Under the pieces are notes generated by a model, which worked only from the letters and a program-made list of their open reading frames with translations, had not been told where the DNA came from and searched no databases. This document shows, in pieces, positions 32,301-40,217 of a DNA stretch of 64,000 nt. Location: the IMG/VR virus record IMGVR_UViG_3300020406_000804, positions 26,462 to 90,461 of that record; one strand, 5' to 3'. The position numbers and the translations under genes are program-made. Each line of letters begins with the position of its first letter. Positions within the stretch are counted from its first letter, which is position 1. The DNA is from a virus.

Positions 32301-32476
32301 GAATAGTGTGCGTCACTCCAGGATTGGGAAATGCTTACATAGATGATACCGGATTTAGGCAGATGATGCAAGCAAATACAAGCAGAAATACTTCTAGGTT
32401 TACCCTATTTAAGCTAGAGTCTGATGACGAAAACAAGTCACCTTCTATCAATAACGGTGTCATAGTGAGGATATAA
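29357..32476 (+). CDS. putative virion structural protein (1039 aa)
   Basis: Long ORF coupled to the upstream gene within the tail module. Confidence 0.55.
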   Translation: MVELRNLDFPILETKKITLSKDKNDEEILRVEIDYALRSRSPLTSSGLKTSLSSLYVYFLVLDNIEFEKLYSSLSSPQRKIAIQNILNHSYGNILFKHSNLIRVSLADVLNTSSSPTLRGRGELGTGAFSSIAPSPSNTREMMSKITIKYSNRALFSTAGSPFRPGTATGSTHSRSVGGLHLLCFLDSSENNSSRSASTDLTYDHLLEYNSQTRRLAIPKTRKSFFINDPEYPEVLGQAYQGPVHYHSTLNPGANGYVGWMAGSNKPGHPMGPHLSVKEITNYKVHSDSFVDMAPELQIPIVSLNSTSDTGRKLISFSNVANGGSGTGGATTGQRPAGPGATTSLRERNELSNSIHAGSKKNETFVTKETKRTAHYRSISATNNGHIDSNYCGSVIGINVLKLLKNNSMLGTFINLHLKKKNSAIVREILKFFEIKYFCVKRDKIEEDYKNVNTRSTRVETTDKEKSIDLITSRDINPGKLGSALNSRASIEQIDLAFFDGTLPPPNIKNYLLKDYDLFHNYDHGKYTYSVEVHFTDAPIKYVQNLEAVLSVAVSFFSQYVSVAEAPAVYDSTGQHLYGAYDPVKKRQVKAFANDVRLNKYVSLAIKAYSESYTFFSGRRKNLNQLAKQIMTFNYNQKTAKDFLRNLIKMQKHTIKFLKKFSSYSKTDQVNGKSVHVESKTGSMGSDLLQSSSNTNIVHDVSNLNEVLIDNVPPTGLSEEFPSKTNFLRGLQLHRPTAGANKILEYVPGRYVNISKSRYEVDHNTTSVSNSISSPSSIISLKRVSRRPGVKVFISGRNSTFLQKSRYDRLSSDQKFVFDTKLAVLKSNRGSNSDLKSKPNEFFPGFLQTNNSALSISASGFAKFKNSKDEDKIFEKVLGRIIPDMSSEMQTNILTSAFNAKDFKEFEKSINDTYKEQISLRKTLGVFYQNFHRYLSFNRLLNKQRINKLDYRQIFNRGEARATLQTNETMTNQDIFETEKFRIVCVTPGLGNAYIDDTGFRQMMQANTSRNTSRFTLFKLESDDENKSPSINNGVIVRI

Positions 32477-32479
32477 GAT

Positions 32480-35400
32480 ATGCCATTTAATTCGCGTGCC
32501 CTGAGTCAAATTGCCCAAACAGTATCCACAACAGTCACACCAGCAGTCACACCAGCTCTAGCTCTACCTGGCCGACAGCAAGCTGCTAGCAGAACTACAG
32601 GCAATACCAATATGGTTGCGCAAGTCGCTGCAGCTGTCGCGCAGATGCCAGCACAAAATGCAAATGCCAATAGTATGGTAATACAACCTCAGTCTGTTCC
32701 AAAAGCTAATACGTCTCCCTTGTCCACCTCGGCGAATTTAAACTTCGCGGGCCTAGGCCTGCCATTTGCTGGCCAGACTCCTACCACAACCGACGACAGT
32801 GAAACTGAAACTTCCGAACGCGTCAATGCCAGCGGCATGGCGGCTATCGCAGGTATCGCAGCTGCAGTCGGCACCCCGGAGCCGGATGTGGGTATTGTTG
32901 TGCAACCTCAACAAGCAGACACTTCCACCATCAGGCAGGTGGCAAACGCCGTTATACCACCTGCAGATAACAATCAATTTCAAATCCTTGTTGATGCCCA
33001 GCAGGATGAAGCTTCCAGTGGAAACAACGACGGCATAGCTGCGGTTCGCAATGCCGCCATTGGCCAACTCGGTCCGGACATGTCCGCCTTTGAGGTGCTG
33101 CCGGAGATGCCTGGCACCGCAGCCGAAAGCGCCGACGATGTAGCTCAACAATCTCAAAACGCCTCTTCTATCCTCGGTGCGGTTATTCCACCAGACTTCA
33201 GCACCCTCCAGGCTGCAGCTGCCGCGGCAGCGGTGGTCGAAGAAGCTGAAGCTGCTGACCCGCTGCTGGATCCCGATATCCTACTCAGAGTCAACCGGCC
33301 AGACACCTTGGTTCTTCCTGATGAGGAAGAGCAAGGAGATGGTGAACAGATCCAGTTCAACCAAGGTATGAACCAAATAAGTTTTCAAGGTTTCGACGCA
33401 GCGGTCGATGCTGATGAAGCCTTCAAGGCCCAAGATGGTGCTGACCAGCTGCTGAATCCCGATGCTTTACTACTCAATTTCGGCTCCGGTGAAGGAGAAG
33501 CCGATACCGGCGCCGGCAGCCCCGATGACCCTTTTTACGGAAGTCAATGGAGGGGCGGGACTTTGGAAGATCTTCCAGTGCTGGACGTCGGCGGTGGCGA
33601 AGGCACGGCAACTGGCGGAGATAAGGCGGCCATTACATCAGGCACTGGCTATGCCGCCACAGGCACTAACACAGCTGCTACCGGTGTTGATTGGGCTGAT
33701 GGCGACGGCCAAGTATCAACAGGTGCTACGGGTGCAACTGGCGCCACCGGCGCGCAAAATGCTGCAACATATCGTGCAGGCTTTTCAGATAGTTTTTGTG
33801 ATGATAGAGACCCATCAGAACAATATGTTTCAAACGCCGGTGCTTCAGCGCCATCAACTGGGCTATTAGGCGTGAACACAGCGCCACTACCATCTGATTT
33901 TATATTTGAAAGGACTTCAATAATTCCAAGATTGCGCCGCCAAGGCCCTGGTGGCACGGGCGCAACTGGCGCAACCGGCGCTGGCTCTGGAGGATTTGCC
34001 GCTTCTTTTGGAAGAAAAAATTATATGATCCCACAGCAAAATTATTATAATGATTTTATAGGCCCAAATTTTGATTTTATAGCAAGACTTAAAGAAGAGG
34101 CACAGGTGCAAAATTATAACTTTTCTTCAGAAGCTTCAAATTTAGTCGACGACCTCAGATATGTAGTTGGTGGGGTTTTCGACCATCTTGCGACAAGGGA
34201 CGGAAAGCCAGAAGTTACACGTCAGCATATGCAAAAGGTCACCGGAGCTTCAACGGGGGCGACCGGAGCAACCGGAGCAACCGGTTCAGAGCCAGAAGAT
34301 CCTTCGAGAGGCATTCACGATCAAGCCGCACGGCGAGGCATGTCGTTGGTTATTCAGGGTGCGGCGGAAAGCGCGCCTAGGATTACCGACACATCAGATA
34401 TTGATGAAGCGTTCTCTGGAGACCAAGGAGAGTATAGAACCACTGTAGTTTTAAATGCAGATCGTCTTGCCAGTTCAAAAATAAGACTGCCCCCCGCATC
34501 CTCTCTTTCAAGCAGGCACAGTGTAGTTTACGGCTTGAATGTTGAGGAAGCAATTAGCAACGTTCCAGAATATATTGCTTACCATATAGGGGAAAACAGA
34601 TTTAAGTTTGACCACACCTTTGTAGCACCAGTAGGGTATACAGGATATATGGCTAGTTTAATGAATAATGATATAGCAGAGGCACAAGTTAGATCTAACT
34701 TGGTTAGTCTTGCAACATATAATATTAGGCCCGAAAGCCAAACTCTTGCAGGCTTGCAAAATGGTGAAATTAGCAAAAAAAGTGTTTATAGACAATATGT
34801 TACAGATTACGGGATAGGAGATATTCGTCCCCAGGCGTTTCGATTGTCAAATGCTAATGGCGATCCTGATGCCTGTGTCCAAGATATAATACAAAAATTT
34901 CCTGCAAGAAAAGTTGTGGAAATGGACGAGATAAACAAAGATATACGTAATGCGATAGAGCACCCTAATATGTTGTCGGATCAGGTTGAGAATCTCGGTG
35001 ATGATTCGCCCGTGGCTCCGACGCCGATGATGAATAGGTGGGTGCATGCAAATGTTAATGTTCTTAACCAAATAAAGTTTAAAATGTCCCACAGTTCTTT
35101 GATCGCAGATGTGTTTTCCAAGCACTCCATGGACTTTCTTCTTTTTGAAATGATTGACCAGCTGACCCCTGCTAATTCTACACATTATACACAAATTTTA
35201 GATAACTCCTTAAACAACCCAGAATTAAATTCCTATACCCTCAGTGCCCAAGCAGACCTTGCAGCTGTAAACTTGCGTCCAAATGAATATCAGTGCCCGA
35301 TTCAAACAATGAGAAAAATGATAGAAAACATTCCTTACTTGAACCAACCTCAATATAATTTTGATATTGATACGAATAGTTATCCTCTGGGATTTGAACA

Positions 35401-37750
35401 CTATGTAGAATATGCAGCTGCAGATCTTTTAGGAACTCAAGGCGCCACCACCCCGGGAGAAGTCTTAAGGGCCAAATTTTATGATTTATTTAACAACCAC
35501 AGCATTGATGCACTTGATGGCAGCGTCACGCTTGGGGGTTTTAAACAAAATTTGGGGACTGTCATTTTGTACGACCCCGCGTTCACCCCAGAGAATATAT
35601 TCAGAAAATCATATGAAATATTTAACGGAACACCTTGCGTCTCAGAGGTCCTTGCATATAGGGTGGAGAAAATTGATACAGCCAGCGGAATAAAGTTGCA
35701 AGATTTTTACTTTATGAACACCTCTAAAATAGATGAATTTACATTTTACGATTCTCAGGTTATATCTGGTAAAAGTTACACTTATAGGATATACACTATA
35801 AATATAGTCTTCGGCGCAAAATATTATTATAATTATGCGAACGCCAAAAGGTACGTATACGATGATAAATTTCGCCCGGGAGAATATCTCACCACGATTA
35901 ATTTCAATGGTGAGGCTATTATTCGGTCAATCGGCGCGCAATCTGGTGCTGCTACCGGTGCAACCGGCGCAGATGTGAGTGATATGTCCGAACCAGAGAA
36001 AAAGATTCGCAGGTGGGATTTAGACGAAAAAGTTACAATTGCGTTTGATATGGTTGTAACTCCAGAGATGAGAATTATAGAAGCTCCGTATTATGAAGAG
36101 ACTATAGTCACTTCAACTAATACGAGACCACCAATATACCCGACTGCCATGGCTACTAGGTCCAGAAGATATACTGATTCTTTTCCGGAGCCAGTTTATT
36201 TTCAAATGAGTCCATCTAGCGGAGATTTTAATGCCGTTCCTATTCCAATTTTAGAAAAAGATATAGAAATGATAAACGATACGGCAAGAAAGCAGCTTTC
36301 CTCAGATGCAGTCGAAGGAAATTCTGTTTTCCAAGGAGAATTAAATTTTTCTTCTTTTGAACGCCCATCATTATATCAAATGATATATATTATCCCAGAA
36401 GATCAAGATTATATGCCTTATAGTTATAATAATTTTTCAGTAGGCTCTGTTGTAGAGGTGGACGCAAATTCCCCTCTTTTCGATGTTAATTTACCAGTAA
36501 ATACTTGTGTGTATATAATTTTTAGAGCAATTAATTCTGGGGGAATATCAAACCCAAGTCCAGTGTATAAGTTTGTCCACAGTAATTATGGTGATGGATC
36601 TCACATATTTTTTGATATTGTTTCTTTATCACAAAGAAGAGTTGACGATTTAATTGCTTATGATAAATTTATACACATAGGCCTAGCAAGAGAACATACA
36701 AGATTCAATCTTGGCGCTCCCACAGGCGCCTCAGTCACCGCCGCAAGAGCGACTTTGAGCCGGGGGATGAACATTATTGCCAGAGCGGCCGGATCCGGAA
36801 CAGGAGCCACTGGCACTGAAAACGGCAATAACATTGATTTAACGACTGCACCAGGCGATATGCAAAATGTAAACCTTGGCCCTGCGAGTAATCGTATCTG
36901 GGGGCGACGTTTTAAATTTAGAATAAGATCTTTATCTTCTGGCAATGCTTTTGATATTAACACTACTTTCAACTACCGGAAATCTGTAATTGGTGCACCA
37001 GATGAGATAGACAACTATAATTTAGAGTGTGCTGACAACCTTAGTTTGGATAGGCTAGGACGTCGAGTCCAAAACGCTCAACGATCTGATGAGCTTTTGG
37101 CCATGGGCGAGAGAGGCTGTCACGGAGATGGAATTACGACCAGACCAGATATCGTCATAAATAACGAAGAAGATTCAAGTGACCTTGTATTTGACCTTTC
37201 AGTGGTTGCTGGCCAGAGTGCTTTCGGGTCCGAGACTATGACTCTCAGTAGTGACGAGACCGTCGATTTCGTACCCATGACCCCTTTTGCTGGGACACTT
37301 CCATTTATCTCAGACGCCGCTGTCGACGACGCGGTGCAAAATCAATTAAACAGAGTTCTCCCTGGGCAAGTCATCATCGATGTGAGAGGTTCCCTCGCCC
37401 AAGTAGATCCCGAGGGTTTGATGATCGGCAGCAGTACTCTAGACCCCCAAGAGGCACAACAGGGACAATCCACCGAGCCCACTGTAGAGGCAGTCGCCCA
37501 ATTCATAAATTTACAACGACAGTCCGGCGCCATACGACCCGCCTCAAGCACAACTTTGACACTGCCGGGGCAACAAGCGAGCACGAGCAATAGTAGCCAA
37601 ACGCAACCCGTCGGCGTCGTAATGCCAAGCGCAAACACACTGCAGCAGCTAGCTGCTGTTGCTGGGATACCCACCACCACCACGACGACTTCTCGAAGCG
37701 CAACATCGATGCTTATTCCGCGCCGGACGACAGGAAGGACAGGCTACTAA
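32480..37750 (+). CDS. putative virion protein (1756 aa) with low-complexity termini, GAT-triplet repeats and Fn3-like segments
   Basis: Ala/Gln/Thr/Asp-rich N- and C-termini and repeated TGATGATGA peptides. FYDSQVISGKSYTYRIY and YIIFRAINSGGISNPS resemble fibronectin type III strands. Confidence 0.6.
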   Translation: MPFNSRALSQIAQTVSTTVTPAVTPALALPGRQQAASRTTGNTNMVAQVAAAVAQMPAQNANANSMVIQPQSVPKANTSPLSTSANLNFAGLGLPFAGQTPTTTDDSETETSERVNASGMAAIAGIAAAVGTPEPDVGIVVQPQQADTSTIRQVANAVIPPADNNQFQILVDAQQDEASSGNNDGIAAVRNAAIGQLGPDMSAFEVLPEMPGTAAESADDVAQQSQNASSILGAVIPPDFSTLQAAAAAAAVVEEAEAADPLLDPDILLRVNRPDTLVLPDEEEQGDGEQIQFNQGMNQISFQGFDAAVDADEAFKAQDGADQLLNPDALLLNFGSGEGEADTGAGSPDDPFYGSQWRGGTLEDLPVLDVGGGEGTATGGDKAAITSGTGYAATGTNTAATGVDWADGDGQVSTGATGATGATGAQNAATYRAGFSDSFCDDRDPSEQYVSNAGASAPSTGLLGVNTAPLPSDFIFERTSIIPRLRRQGPGGTGATGATGAGSGGFAASFGRKNYMIPQQNYYNDFIGPNFDFIARLKEEAQVQNYNFSSEASNLVDDLRYVVGGVFDHLATRDGKPEVTRQHMQKVTGASTGATGATGATGSEPEDPSRGIHDQAARRGMSLVIQGAAESAPRITDTSDIDEAFSGDQGEYRTTVVLNADRLASSKIRLPPASSLSSRHSVVYGLNVEEAISNVPEYIAYHIGENRFKFDHTFVAPVGYTGYMASLMNNDIAEAQVRSNLVSLATYNIRPESQTLAGLQNGEISKKSVYRQYVTDYGIGDIRPQAFRLSNANGDPDACVQDIIQKFPARKVVEMDEINKDIRNAIEHPNMLSDQVENLGDDSPVAPTPMMNRWVHANVNVLNQIKFKMSHSSLIADVFSKHSMDFLLFEMIDQLTPANSTHYTQILDNSLNNPELNSYTLSAQADLAAVNLRPNEYQCPIQTMRKMIENIPYLNQPQYNFDIDTNSYPLGFEHYVEYAAADLLGTQGATTPGEVLRAKFYDLFNNHSIDALDGSVTLGGFKQNLGTVILYDPAFTPENIFRKSYEIFNGTPCVSEVLAYRVEKIDTASGIKLQDFYFMNTSKIDEFTFYDSQVISGKSYTYRIYTINIVFGAKYYYNYANAKRYVYDDKFRPGEYLTTINFNGEAIIRSIGAQSGAATGATGADVSDMSEPEKKIRRWDLDEKVTIAFDMVVTPEMRIIEAPYYEETIVTSTNTRPPIYPTAMATRSRRYTDSFPEPVYFQMSPSSGDFNAVPIPILEKDIEMINDTARKQLSSDAVEGNSVFQGELNFSSFERPSLYQMIYIIPEDQDYMPYSYNNFSVGSVVEVDANSPLFDVNLPVNTCVYIIFRAINSGGISNPSPVYKFVHSNYGDGSHIFFDIVSLSQRRVDDLIAYDKFIHIGLAREHTRFNLGAPTGASVTAARATLSRGMNIIARAAGSGTGATGTENGNNIDLTTAPGDMQNVNLGPASNRIWGRRFKFRIRSLSSGNAFDINTTFNYRKSVIGAPDEIDNYNLECADNLSLDRLGRRVQNAQRSDELLAMGERGCHGDGITTRPDIVINNEEDSSDLVFDLSVVAGQSAFGSETMTLSSDETVDFVPMTPFAGTLPFISDAAVDDAVQNQLNRVLPGQVIIDVRGSLAQVDPEGLMIGSSTLDPQEAQQGQSTEPTVEAVAQFINLQRQSGAIRPASSTTLTLPGQQASTSNSSQTQPVGVVMPSANTLQQLAAVAGIPTTTTTTSRSATSMLIPRRTTGRTGY

Positions 37751-37780
37751 AATTTATTTAAATAAAATATAAATAAATTT
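37750..37780. repeat. 11-bp perfect AT-only inverted repeat
   Basis: AAATTTATTTA (37750-37760), a 9 nt spacer, then TAAATAAATTT (37770-37780), in the gap before the NTase pair. Confidence 0.55.
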
Positions 37781-37803
37781 AATTTTTGTGATATGATAAA
37801 ACT

Positions 37804-38469
37804 ATGTTAGTACCAGTTAAGGCAAAAAATTTTTACTATAAAGTGGGTAACATTCAAACAACGGTGCCCTGGTTTAGACCAGACCCCCAATATCTGAATT
37901 CTTGGAAAGAAGAGTTTTTCAGTCACAATGAAGTCACTCAGTTCAGATATTTTCTTCATGGATCTTCCCTCCAGAATGCAAGATGTTTTGATATAGATCT
38001 CATGATGGCTAATAAATACAGCAACCCAAAACAATTAGAAAGAGTCATGGAGATTGCACTCACTGCCGGCTTCAAAAACAGGCAATATATAGATTTACAT
38101 TGGGTTAGTCCCCCCGCCGATAGAATACTTGAAAAAAGCCCATGTAACCACTTTGAGATAGCCTGCAACAGTTATCTGCAAAATGGTTACTGTACTCTAA
38201 AATCTTGTGTCGACACCCATGCTATAGATAACATGGTTAAATACGGTAGAACAATTGTAAGAGGCAATAAAATTGTATTTAGCCATTTAAACGATAAATG
38301 GCATGACGCATCTAAAGATGCTATATTTGGAGGTACAGAATTGCTATATAAAAAATGCACCGTCATCGTACCCAGGATAATTAAAAAAATGCAAAATAAT
38401 TTTTATAAAAATCCAATAGTTGAAATAACTAAAGACACAAATTTTATGGAAATAATACAGTGGGCATAA
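37804..38469 (+). CDS. putative Pol-beta-superfamily nucleotidyltransferase with Cys4 motif (paralogue 1)
   Basis: LHGSS-x6-FDIDL (hG[GS]...DxD), a third Asp in YIDL, and C-x6-C-x8-C-x4-C. Confidence 0.6.
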   Translation: MLVPVKAKNFYYKVGNIQTTVPWFRPDPQYLNSWKEEFFSHNEVTQFRYFLHGSSLQNARCFDIDLMMANKYSNPKQLERVMEIALTAGFKNRQYIDLHWVSPPADRILEKSPCNHFEIACNSYLQNGYCTLKSCVDTHAIDNMVKYGRTIVRGNKIVFSHLNDKWHDASKDAIFGGTELLYKKCTVIVPRIIKKMQNNFYKNPIVEITKDTNFMEIIQWA

Positions 38470-39107
38470 ATTACTTTCATTACTGTAAGGGCCCTTGCGA
38501 AACTTCTATACCATGGCTCGCCCCTGATCCTATAAATTTGAACAACTGGAAAGAAGATTTATATTCAGAAATTGATGATTTTGGTAGCTATAAATTATGG
38601 CTCATGGGCGGCGCCATCGAAAGCCGTCAATCTTGGGATGTAGACATTCAAATTTCAGGGCCACTCAATGATAAAGATTTATTAGAAAATATAATGATAA
38701 CGGCAACTAATTTAGGGTTTAAGAATAGAACTCTTATAGACTGCTTATACACAGATTTGCCAGAAGAGTACTTATCGATGGGTAATCTCTGTAAGGGTAT
38801 GCAGATTGCTTGCGAAGAAACAGTTAGAACAGGGCAATGTACTGGAATGAACTGTGATAAAAATATAACCAAAGTTAAAAATACAATGGTAACTATATGC
38901 CGGGAAATATATAAAAATGGAGAAGAAATTTCTTGCTATAGAAGAGCAAAGCAGATACATAATAATTTATGGGCGACAGAAAATGTACCACACCCATGTC
39001 AATATTACAAGTGCGTGGAAAGGTACAGGAAACATAAAACTAATTTAACTTATCCGATTTTAATAAATCGAGATATTGATTTTAAAAATTATTTATCTTG
39101 GGCGTAA
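38460..39107 (+). CDS. putative Pol-beta-superfamily nucleotidyltransferase with Cys4 motif (paralogue 2)
   Basis: LMGGA-x6-WDVDI, LIDC and the same C-x6-C-x8-C-x4-C spacing. Shares PW..PDP..LN.WKE, GFKNR and the terminal WA with paralogue 1. Confidence 0.6.
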   Translation: MGINYFHYCKGPCETSIPWLAPDPINLNNWKEDLYSEIDDFGSYKLWLMGGAIESRQSWDVDIQISGPLNDKDLLENIMITATNLGFKNRTLIDCLYTDLPEEYLSMGNLCKGMQIACEETVRTGQCTGMNCDKNITKVKNTMVTICREIYKNGEEISCYRRAKQIHNNLWATENVPHPCQYYKCVERYRKHKTNLTYPILINRDIDFKNYLSWA

Positions 39108-39138
39108 TATAAATACAAGATAAAATACAAGTAAATAA

Positions 39139-39146
39139 CTATTTAT
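39139..39146 (+). promoter_or_regulatory. candidate phage late promoter (CTATTTAT)
   Basis: Recurring intergenic motif ~30 nt before the SD-led gene at 39177; preceded by an AAATACAAG direct repeat (39111, 39123). Confidence 0.55.
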
Positions 39147-39176
39147 TAGTGATTTTGATTTGAAAGGAGCAAATTA

Positions 39177-40190
39177 ATGGCGTTTTTAGATAATTCAGGA
39201 GACATCCTGTTGGATGCAGTTTTAACTGACTTGGGAAGAAAAAGATTAGCAGAGGGGGTTTTCAATGTAACTCAGTTTGCTCTTGGTGATGAAGAAATAA
39301 ATTATGGCCTATACAACACTAGTGATACCCGCGGGTCTCTGTTTTATGACTTGGAGATAATGCAGACACCTATTCTTGAAGCATTTACAAGTAACGAGTC
39401 CCTTATGAAAACAAGGCTTCTTACTTTCTCAAGAACAGATCTGCTGTACATGCCAATCTTAAAGATTAACGACAAAGTAGAAGAAGTCAAGCCATCATCA
39501 AGTAATAATGGATTTTTGCTTTTGGCAGACCGAGACACCGTAAAAGCGAATCCAACAGCAACCGCCCGGGCAGAAGCTGGATTTATTCCTGGAATGTTTA
39601 GGGCAGAAGACAACGCGCGATTTAGCACAAAATGTATAAATGTTGATCAAGGTATAGATAGCACTGAAGATGGAAGAACTGTTTTACATGAAATGGATAG
39701 ATCTCTATACGAGACAGCCTATTTGATCAAAGTAGATAATCGTCTCTTAAAGCTACAGTTACCCCGCGGCCTAAAAAATTACAACTCTTTTAGTCCAATT
39801 TTATCTGAACAGTACCTTGACGATGATTACGTGGCAACATACTACATTGTTACTGGGCTGCCCGGATCTCCGATAGTGGAGCCTAGGAATGGCGCCTTTA
39901 GATCAAGAAACCTAATAAACGACAACGCAACAGAAAACACGACAGAGATAGAAGAAAACGAAATGTTTCAGGGGCCCCTAGGAAGAGTTTTACAATTTGT
40001 CCCAAGAGTTACAGATGAGGTTCAATTTTCTAATTCGTTTTTTACAAAATTGGGCTCAACCGGATCCAACCTAACATATCGAGGACAAACAATTTCAAGC
40101 TACAAGTTCATTGATACGAGTATCAGTGTTCAGGGTATGACTACCGGATATTCAATTGATATCCCAATTAGAATTATAAAAAAGAGTTAA
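39177..40190 (+). CDS. virion structural protein (tail/baseplate-associated)
   Basis: AAGGAG SD; MAFLDNSGDILLDAVLTDLGRKRLA...FALGDEEINY N-terminus is paralogous to ORF 27804. Confidence 0.7.
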   Translation: MAFLDNSGDILLDAVLTDLGRKRLAEGVFNVTQFALGDEEINYGLYNTSDTRGSLFYDLEIMQTPILEAFTSNESLMKTRLLTFSRTDLLYMPILKINDKVEEVKPSSSNNGFLLLADRDTVKANPTATARAEAGFIPGMFRAEDNARFSTKCINVDQGIDSTEDGRTVLHEMDRSLYETAYLIKVDNRLLKLQLPRGLKNYNSFSPILSEQYLDDDYVATYYIVTGLPGSPIVEPRNGAFRSRNLINDNATENTTEIEENEMFQGPLGRVLQFVPRVTDEVQFSNSFFTKLGSTGSNLTYRGQTISSYKFIDTSISVQGMTTGYSIDIPIRIIKKS

Positions 40191-40217
40191 TTTTTAGTTA
40201 AAGACCAGGAGAAAAAA

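Noticed and set aside
33715-34290. Collagen triple-helix domain
   Set aside because: The G-X-Y runs are only 3-4 triplets long and scattered; they are reported as short repeats instead.
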